DNA of 32,567 bases from assembly GCA_046733975.1 (NCBI GenBank), contig JBKPQI010000020.1, forward strand, positions 1 through 32,567, read 5' to 3'. The notes below the pieces were generated by a model. That model searched no databases. It saw nothing but the letters and a program-made list of their open reading frames with translations, and had not been told where the DNA came from. Origin of the DNA: Verrucomicrobiota bacterium. Its GTDB lineage: Bacteria > Verrucomicrobiota > Verrucomicrobiia > Chthoniobacterales > UBA10450. A program made the translations under genes and the position numbers. Shown here one piece after another: positions 22,349 through 28,961 of this stretch (its first letter is position 1; each line of letters starts with the position of its first letter).

Positions 22349-24487
22349 TTACTGTGACGCGATATTGCGGTTAACGGTTTCCAATTTTTCTAGCACGATA
22401 TTTTTGGTGAGCAATTCCGGGAAAACGTACGGTTGCTCCGTGCCTCCCGGATAAAGCACATATAATGGGACACCCGGGCGGCCGAATTGTTTTAACGATT
22501 TCGTAATCGCCGGATCGCCATTGGTCCAATCGGCCTTTAGCTTCACGATTTGGTGCTCGGAAAATGCGGTGCGCACGGCCCCGGTCTCAAGCACGGTTGA
22601 TTCATTGAATTTGCAGGTGATGCACCACTCGGCAGTGAAGTCGATAAAGACCGCGTGCCCCTGTCGCAACTCGGAGGCGAGACGTTCCGGGCTGAATTTT
22701 TCCCAGCCACCGGGAGCGTTGGCGGTCGGGCTCGCCGCCGAAATGGCAGACGCGGCTTGGAATTTATCGGCAATGAAGTAGTAACCGCTGCCGACTACGA
22801 GAATCAACATGAGCAAAAGCACGACGGCACGTGTTCGCCCGGAAGTGACAGGCGTAATGAACGCGCCCTTCAACCAACACGCCAAGCTAAGCACGAGCAG
22901 GAATGCGCAGGTCCAGATAAGGGCGGCGACACCGCGTTGCGCGCCGAGCACGGAGAGCAAAAAGAGCAGTGTCGCGATCAACAGAAAACCCATTAGCTGT
23001 TTCACCCGTAACATCCACGGCCCTGGTTTCGGTAGGAACTTGAGCCAGGCGGGCTGCGCGCTTAGCAGGAAATAGGGCAGGCTCATTCCGAGGGCGATGG
23101 AGGCAAACATGGCCAGAATGACCGCTGCCGATTGGGTGAAAGCAAAGCCCAAGGCGGTGCCGAGAAAAGGCGCGGTGCACGGCGTCGCCAGAATGGTTGC
23201 AAAAACGCCTTGGAAAAATGATCCCGCATCGCCATGCGCATTCTCTGCTCCGACGGCGCGGCGACTCAACCATTGGGGGAGATTGATTTCGAAGACACCA
23301 AAGAGATTCAACGCGAAGACCAGCACCACGGCGCTCATGGCGAGCACGAAGTAGGCATTGGTGAATTGCGCGGCCCAAACCGGCTGACCTCCGGCCGATT
23401 TAATGAGGATAAGGATCACCGCCAGACCAACGAACCAGACGAAAATTCCAGTGATGAAAGCGAGACCGCTGCGGAAAATACGGGCTCGGCTCTGACCTGC
23501 CTGCTGAACAAAACCGAAAATCTTCAGTGAAATCACCGGCAGCACGCACGGCATGAGGTTGAGAATGAAACCGCCGATGAAGCCGAAGACGAGGAAACGA
23601 ACGATTTGGCTCAACGTCGACTTCTCGTTAGCCGCTGCCATCTCATGCCCCAGCGAAATATCCCACGCGCTGCGATCGGGCGCATCGCTCGAACTTCCGA
23701 ACACGATCAAACCCGGGAGTGATTTGAACTTCCCATTCGCATTATCAAGGGAGATGTTGAAGGTGAAGACGTTGCCTTCACGCGAGGCCAGATGCGGATG
23801 ACCAACAGCTACGTTTTCCGGCGGCGATGGAAAAAATTCCACCGAAGAAAATTTCGATAGGTCCGGGTGACTGACGCGTAAAACCAATCCGGCAGCGTCG
23901 CTCTTCCACGACGCGGAAAAATCGGCGCCTGGAGGACCTGGCAACTGTTTGTGATACCGCGAAAACAGGTCGGTATTGGCGGGCGAATTGGACCGCGCAA
24001 TCGGAAGCGACAACGTCACAGCTCCATCGCCAGGGATACAAATTTTCTCACACACCAGCCAGCTCACTTTGGCGGACAGATTTGCACTCGCACCGGTCAG
24101 GTTTTTGGGCGGAGTGATTTGTTGAATCAACAGGACCTCGTCATGATACCCGTAGATCAAAATGTCACCGGGCTCTTCAAGCTTCAGCGGAATAGGCCAC
24201 TGAATGTCACCGACGCGCCAGCCTTCTGGCAATTGCCATTTGATGTCAGTCGGGATTCCGGCGTCGCCCGGATATTTCCAGTAGGTATGCCAGCGCGGCT
24301 GCATTTTCAGCCGCACGCCAACGAGAAAAGGCTCGCCGGGAACGATTTCACTGACGTTGGCCACAGCATCAGCCTGGACCAATCGTTTTCCCTGGTACAT
24401 CTGCCCCTGCGCCGTGATGGTGATCAACACCGGCAGCAGCAGCAATAACGAGGAACGCCGGATTGCGTTCATCCGATTATTTATCAT
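22349..24487 (-). CDS. dsbD: Thiol:disulfide interchange protein DsbD-like (N-terminal DsbD-alpha/DsbC-type domain, membrane core, C-terminal thioredoxin)
   Basis: 712 aa. The N-terminal domain has WHTYWKYPGDAGIPTDIKWQLPEGW and VCEKICIPG. The central polytopic core has NLMPCVLPV and the second Cys motif TPCTAPFLG. The C-terminal thioredoxin is VFIDFTAEWCITCKFNE. Confidence 0.9.
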   Translation of the reverse strand: MINNRMNAIRRSSLLLLLPVLITITAQGQMYQGKRLVQADAVANVSEIVPGEPFLVGVRLKMQPRWHTYWKYPGDAGIPTDIKWQLPEGWRVGDIQWPIPLKLEEPGDILIYGYHDEVLLIQQITPPKNLTGASANLSAKVSWLVCEKICIPGDGAVTLSLPIARSNSPANTDLFSRYHKQLPGPPGADFSASWKSDAAGLVLRVSHPDLSKFSSVEFFPSPPENVAVGHPHLASREGNVFTFNISLDNANGKFKSLPGLIVFGSSSDAPDRSAWDISLGHEMAAANEKSTLSQIVRFLVFGFIGGFILNLMPCVLPVISLKIFGFVQQAGQSRARIFRSGLAFITGIFVWFVGLAVILILIKSAGGQPVWAAQFTNAYFVLAMSAVVLVFALNLFGVFEINLPQWLSRRAVGAENAHGDAGSFFQGVFATILATPCTAPFLGTALGFAFTQSAAVILAMFASIALGMSLPYFLLSAQPAWLKFLPKPGPWMLRVKQLMGFLLIATLLFLLSVLGAQRGVAALIWTCAFLLVLSLACWLKGAFITPVTSGRTRAVVLLLMLILVVGSGYYFIADKFQAASAISAASPTANAPGGWEKFSPERLASELRQGHAVFIDFTAEWCITCKFNESTVLETGAVRTAFSEHQIVKLKADWTNGDPAITKSLKQFGRPGVPLYVLYPGGTEQPYVFPELLTKNIVLEKLETVNRNIASQ

Positions 24488-24545
24488 TCGGCACGGCCTC
24501 CGGCAACGGCGAGAACTGGCTCATATTGTGCTGGTCAAACAAGTC

Positions 24546-24770
24546 ATGCGCTACTTCATCGTTGTCGGCTTGATTGTGGGGGGCGTGATTTTCTGGCGGC
24601 AGCAGACAGCGCAAAAAGAAGAGCCCGAAAAGATCGCCCAAGTGGCGGCTCAGCGGACATTAACGCCTCGTCCGGCGAGCGAGCACGATTGGGCAAAAGC
24701 GGCGATCGATCGTACTCATGAAGTCAGGCAACAAGTAAAACGCGAACGCGCTTCGAACGAAGTGCCCTGA
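24546..24770 (+). CDS. Small membrane-anchored hypothetical protein (74 aa)
   Basis: It begins at the ATG at 24546 within the longer track ORF 24357..24770, whose upstream part overlaps dsbD. MRYFIVVGLIVGGVIFW is a TM anchor followed by a charged tail. Support is weak. Confidence 0.35.
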   Translation: MRYFIVVGLIVGGVIFWRQQTAQKEEPEKIAQVAAQRTLTPRPASEHDWAKAAIDRTHEVRQQVKRERASNEVP

Positions 24771-24797
24771 TTGGGACTAACAACGGACTCAGCGGCC

Positions 24798-25376
24798 TTA
24801 GTGCTGAAGTTGCCCAGCCTGTTCACGCCCCTTGGCTTGAATCGCCTGACGGAATTCCTGCTTGGACAGGGCACGCCCCGCCGAGGCCGCTGCCTCGTTT
24901 TTGCCAAGCTGAGTAACGTCCGTTAATGGCGAACCTTCATTCGTAAAAACGGCGTCTTGTCCTGCGGCATCTTTCTTTACCCGGAAGCGACCGTGCATGA
25001 TCCCGACGAGCGGAACGAACTGAGTACCGTTGTTTTCCACAAACAGGATGTCGCGATCACCCACTTTAAACTTGGGCGCATCTGTCACTTCCATCGTCTC
25101 CCCGCCGACCGTGCCACCCAGCATCCGCAAAGTGACTGTCGACCCGGGGTTACCCTTGATCGCGTCTTCTACTTTCAGCGTTACGTAACTCATGATGTGG
25201 CGCTGCGCACCCTCGCCGGTCCATTCGCTGCGTACATCCGTGACACTACCTTGAAAGATCATTTCGGCGCGCGAAACGAGCTCATCAAAAGAAGGTGGAA
25301 TAACCGTTGTCGCCAGTGCAGTGCAGGCAGCAAGCAGACAGCTTCCATGAATCAAAAAATCGGAGAACTTTTTCAT
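24798..25376 (-). CDS. Secreted/lipoprotein-like hypothetical protein, co-oriented immediately downstream of the metzincin
   Basis: The Met at 25376 gives MKKFSDFLIHGSCLLAACTALA, a signal peptide with a lipobox-like LAAC. The body looks beta-rich (IFQGSVTDVRSEW, YVTLKVEDAIKGNPGSTVTLRMLGG, KFKVGDRDILFVENNG). I recognised no family with certainty. Confidence 0.6.
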   Translation of the reverse strand: MKKFSDFLIHGSCLLAACTALATTVIPPSFDELVSRAEMIFQGSVTDVRSEWTGEGAQRHIMSYVTLKVEDAIKGNPGSTVTLRMLGGTVGGETMEVTDAPKFKVGDRDILFVENNGTQFVPLVGIMHGRFRVKKDAAGQDAVFTNEGSPLTDVTQLGKNEAAASAGRALSKQEFRQAIQAKGREQAGQLQH

Positions 25377-25460
25377 GTCGAACACCTTAATTTTACTCAG
25401 CTTCATCGCAGGAATCAATCAGTCAGCCGTTGGACGCGATCGGGCAGCTTTCGTTCAATT

Positions 25461-26996
25461 TTACGGATCCAGGTCATACGCATCGACCAGAGCGATACCG
25501 GTCGTGTTATTAACGCCACGAACAATCGCAGTGTAATTGCCGCTCGAAAGCGTTGCAACAATTGCCGAGTCTTTCGCGTTTGGCGGCTGGTAACCGCTGG
25601 ACGAGATTGCAGCCGCCTGTGTCCCACTACCCCAGTCGTCGTTGCTCGCAAGCAGGTTCCCCGCACTGTCATGCAACTCCAGCACCGGATTCGACAGTGT
25701 TCCCGAAAGCGAGAACGGTGGCGTCGCCAATGATGGACCCAGCGCGCGAATAATCAGCTTCTTCGAGGTGGAACCGTCGATGATTAATCCGCCAATAAGA
25801 ACATCCTGACCGCTACCTACTTGTCCGCGCGTCGAAATGTTTGATAGCCGCGTCGACAAGGTGTCGAGCTCGTACACTTCGACGAGGCCAACTCCGGTCG
25901 CATCGTTGTAGCCTCGAACAATGGCGGTGTACGCGCCCGCCGGCAGCGTCGCGATAATCGCCGGCTCGTTACCGTTAGCCGGGGCATACCCACTGGCGCT
26001 GATCTGCGAAACTTGCGTTCCCGACTGCCAATCATCGTTCGTCGCGATGCTTCCACCGGACGAATCATAGAGCGCCAGCGTCGGATCAGACAATGCGTTG
26101 GCGATGCCATAGCTGCTCAAAGTCGGCCCCAACACGCGGATGAGGACGGTCTTTGATTGCGATCCAGTAATCGTCAGGCCGGCAATCATGGCGTTGTTAC
26201 CGGTGCCGATATCGAGGCGAGTCGAGATATTGGCAAAATGGCTGGCCGACGGGTTTGGAGTCGGCGTCGGAGTTGGGGTTGGCGTCGCCGTAGTCGCGCC
26301 GTACATCGATTGTGCGCCAGCGGTATCGTCGTTCGACACCGTCTCACGATCGCTCGTAACCGAGTTCATGATGGCATCGACGTGCTGCCCGTGCTGGTCT
26401 GGATGATCCAAACCAAGCGCATGACCGAGTTCATGCATCAACACGCGGCGGATATCCCCAATTGCCCAGCCGCTGCTGCCAAACCGTAGCGGGCCCCGAT
26501 ACGAATCGAAACTTTGATTCTTATTAAATAGGATGTCAGCTTCGACGATTGTGCCGCCAGGAGTATTGCCCATGTATTTGTAGAACGTGACCGCCAACGT
26601 GCCGGATCCGAATTGTTGTCCAAAAACGGTGTTGGAAAAAACGACCGAATTCACGCGGTCGCCCGAAGATGCAGCTGTGCTGGCGACGTTGCTGCCGTAA
26701 TGCAGCCGCGCTACTACGTTGTTCCAGGCGCTGAGAGCGGGTATTGCGGCGGTATCCCAGGAAGTATTGCCGTCGATGAGCGTGCGCCCGGCCGGACCGA
26801 GTCCCATTTGGAAGGTAACGACGCTGCCGCTGGGCCACCTGACTCCCTCAAGGGCGTAGCCTAGAGCTCTATTTGAAAGAAGGATGCCGACCGTCAAAAT
26901 GATGAGGATTGAGAGAATTCGCGAACATGCGAGAGAACGTTGCTGTGGGGAACAGCCGCGGGGTATACGAAACAGGGTGAATCCCATAATCGCCAT
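25461..26996 (-). CDS. Secreted zinc metalloprotease (metzincin, matrixin/M10-like) with TP linker and two tandem ~123-aa C-terminal domains
   Basis: HELGHALGLDHP is the HExxHxxGxxH motif, at about 26403..26435. AIMNS is a Met-turn candidate. The linker TATPTPTPTPTPNPS lies at about 26250..26291. Two paralogous domains, at 25863..26231 and 25467..25841, each start NISTR and contain NDDW. There is an N-terminal hydrophobic signal/anchor. Confidence 0.82.
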   Translation of the reverse strand: MAIMGFTLFRIPRGCSPQQRSLACSRILSILIILTVGILLSNRALGYALEGVRWPSGSVVTFQMGLGPAGRTLIDGNTSWDTAAIPALSAWNNVVARLHYGSNVASTAASSGDRVNSVVFSNTVFGQQFGSGTLAVTFYKYMGNTPGGTIVEADILFNKNQSFDSYRGPLRFGSSGWAIGDIRRVLMHELGHALGLDHPDQHGQHVDAIMNSVTSDRETVSNDDTAGAQSMYGATTATPTPTPTPTPNPSASHFANISTRLDIGTGNNAMIAGLTITGSQSKTVLIRVLGPTLSSYGIANALSDPTLALYDSSGGSIATNDDWQSGTQVSQISASGYAPANGNEPAIIATLPAGAYTAIVRGYNDATGVGLVEVYELDTLSTRLSNISTRGQVGSGQDVLIGGLIIDGSTSKKLIIRALGPSLATPPFSLSGTLSNPVLELHDSAGNLLASNDDWGSGTQAAAISSSGYQPPNAKDSAIVATLSSGNYTAIVRGVNNTTGIALVDAYDLDP

Positions 26997-27215
26997 AAAA
27001 GCACGAAGTATGCATGTCCCCTAACAAATAGCCGCAGTGTCGGGTCAGCTTGTTGTCGGACTGCGAAGCAGGCTGACTTATTACACAATTTCAGTAGCCC
27101 GGCAGGCCTTTTTGGCCGTTTTTCGCAAATTTGCGCTTCTTCGGCGGAAAATTGCCCGCTGCCGCTATTCAGTCACACAGCGTTGTAAACGGCCAGACCC
27201 GCACCTCGACGAAGG

Positions 27216-27695
27216 CTACGGCACGAGGAAAATCTTCTGTGAATAAGGATCTTTTACCTTACTCCCAGAAGGATAACCACTCACATCAACATACCCGCCA
27301 TTTGGATCGTACGGACTGAACACATAGCCGGGTTTGCCCGGGACGGGCTTTGCCACCGGAAACTGAGTGCTCGTCGACGAAGTCCGTACTGTCGCGCTCG
27401 GCCGAGCGGTAGCGGCTGGCTCCGGTGTAGAGCTCGTCGTGGTGGTCGATGTGATGGTGCGTGGCGACCGCGCCGGAGTCGGTTGTGGGGGAGGAGGCGC
27501 AGTCTCTACGGGCTGATTCTCGTAAACTGTTGTGTCTGTTGTCTCCGTCGTGGTCTCTTCGCCTCTCAATTTTTTGCTGACAAAATGCGCCGGCGCCGTC
27601 ACTACCGCTGCCGAAGTCTCGGCTACATTTTCGGCGGTGCGGCACCCGCAAACAGCCACGGACAGCAGGAAAGCGATCACCCCAGCGCGAGTCAT
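27216..27695 (-). CDS. Lipoprotein with Thr/Pro/Ser-rich low-complexity region
   Basis: MTRAGVIAFLLSVAVCGC is a signal peptide with a lipobox Cys. TTETTDTT...PPPPQPTP...TTTTSSTPEP is low complexity. The conserved-looking C-terminus is GKPGYVFSPYDPNGGYVDVSGYPSGSKVKDPYSQKIFLVP. It lies 12 nt downstream of the threonine aldolase gene. Confidence 0.6.
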   Translation of the reverse strand: MTRAGVIAFLLSVAVCGCRTAENVAETSAAVVTAPAHFVSKKLRGEETTTETTDTTVYENQPVETAPPPPQPTPARSPRTITSTTTTSSTPEPAATARPSATVRTSSTSTQFPVAKPVPGKPGYVFSPYDPNGGYVDVSGYPSGSKVKDPYSQKIFLVP

Positions 27696-27707
27696 CGTGC
27701 GATGTTA

Positions 27708-28751
27708 TCAGCGCGCCGAAGACACGCAACTTTGGTAGCCCGAAAGAAAGGCCGCAATCGCCTCGTCGTTGGTAGACCAGGCGCACATCACACGATAAAT
27801 ATCGGGCTCAATGAACTTGTAAAAATCCCATCCGAGGTGGCGCAACTTCGACACGACATTCGGATCGAGCCGAACAAATATCGCGTTCGACTCAACTGGA
27901 AAGACGATCTCAGCTCCGCCATCGCGCAACCCGTCGGCTAATCGTCGCGCCGCAGTATTCGCATGACGCGCGTTTTTTAACCAGACGTTGTTTTCGATTA
28001 GGGCTAGCCAGGGCGCGGCCAAAAAGCGCATCTTGGACGCGAGATGACCGCCCTGTTTCACTCGATATTCAAAGTCGACGCTGTGCTGTTTATTAAAAAA
28101 GACGACGAGCTCGCCTGCTGCCAAACCGTTTTTTGTTCCGCCAAATGAAAGAGCATCTACGCCCACGCGCCAGGTGATCTCTTTCGGAGCGCAGCCAAGA
28201 GCGGCCACGGCATTGGCAAACCGCGCTCCATCCATGTGCAACAGCATCGACCGCTTTTTCGAGTAGGCTGAAATCTCACCAGTCTCATCAATAGAGTAGA
28301 CGGTCCCGAGTTCCGTCACCTGCGTGAGACTGATCGCGCGCGGCTTATGTGAATGTAATTCATGCTGCCGCGCGAGAGCCGCTTCTACTTCATGCAAATC
28401 GATCTTGCCGTTGGCTCCAGGCGTCGGAATCAACTTTGATCCACCAGTGTAAAACTCGCATGCACCGCATTCGTCATTTTCGATGTGTGCATTCTGGTGA
28501 CAGACGATGCTGTGAAATGGCTGGCAAAGCTGGGCCAGGGCGAGCGCATTCGCCGCCGTTCCGTTGAAGACAACAAAAACGTCGCAATCGATTTCGAAAA
28601 GCTCGCGGACGCGATCGCAGAGCCGTCGTGTCCATTCGTCGTCGCCATAGGATGCCGCTGTGCCGGCATTGGCTTCGACAATGGCAGCGGCTACTTCCGG
28701 ACAAATGCCCGCTGTGTTGTCACTAGCGAATTCCTGGCGCGGTAGAATCAT
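27708..28751 (-). CDS. ltaE: Low-specificity L-threonine aldolase (PLP-dependent, beta-eliminating lyase family)
   Basis: FASDNTAGICPEV...YGDD, FNGTAANALAL, HIENDECGA and DGARFANA...SFGGTKNG (PLP-Lys region) match the threonine aldolase layout. The ORF is open to 28802, but the Met at 28751 (MILPRQEFASDN) is the likelier start. Confidence 0.85.
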   Translation of the reverse strand: MILPRQEFASDNTAGICPEVAAAIVEANAGTAASYGDDEWTRRLCDRVRELFEIDCDVFVVFNGTAANALALAQLCQPFHSIVCHQNAHIENDECGACEFYTGGSKLIPTPGANGKIDLHEVEAALARQHELHSHKPRAISLTQVTELGTVYSIDETGEISAYSKKRSMLLHMDGARFANAVAALGCAPKEITWRVGVDALSFGGTKNGLAAGELVVFFNKQHSVDFEYRVKQGGHLASKMRFLAAPWLALIENNVWLKNARHANTAARRLADGLRDGGAEIVFPVESNAIFVRLDPNVVSKLRHLGWDFYKFIEPDIYRVMCAWSTNDEAIAAFLSGYQSCVSSAR

Positions 28752-28810
28752 GCAGGGAGTCGCTACCCGACTTTGATGCTCCAGGCAATCGCGATGTCGC
28801 ATTCTTGTCC

Positions 28811-28902
28811 GTCATCCCGAGAGGAAGTCGAGGAACCTGCATGGAACCTTAAAAGTAAAGCAACGGGATCCTTCGACTTCGCTGCGCTTCGCTCAGGATG
28901 AC
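28811..28902. repeat. Palindromic element copy H (full)
   Basis: Arms are gtcatcccgagaggaagtcgaggaacc ... gggatccttcgacttcgctgcgcttcgctcaggatgac. It lies in the divergent promoter region between ltaE and putA. Confidence 0.85.
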
Positions 28903-28961
28903 ACATGTAATTGTAGCCAGCCGCGGCTTTGCGAACGGCGGGCAGCGGTTTACAGTCGGGC

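Noticed and set aside
21744-24487. DsbD + redoxin operon (plus the separate thioredoxin-fold gene at 434..874) as something unusual
   Set aside because: This is a standard periplasmic reducing pathway arrangement, with motifs and order as expected. It is annotated as features only.
24957-25733. 258-aa plus-strand ORF spanning two minus-strand genes
   Set aside because: It crosses the intergenic gap between the metzincin and its downstream partner on the opposite strand. It is Arg-rich with no motifs, whereas both minus-strand ORFs have signal peptides and coherent domains.
25467-26231. Tandem C-terminal domains of the metzincin as a diversity-generating retroelement VR/TR pair
   Set aside because: The two DNA copies are strongly diverged at all base types and both are coding and in frame. 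There is no reverse transcriptase or accessory gene in the window.
26250-26291. (ACN-CCN)n simple repeat, with similar Pro/Thr-rich stretches at ~3955..4028 and ~27330..27500
   Set aside because: These encode TP/PT-rich interdomain linkers or tails of secreted proteins, which are common low-complexity spacers. They are possibly slippage-prone but are not independent genetic elements.
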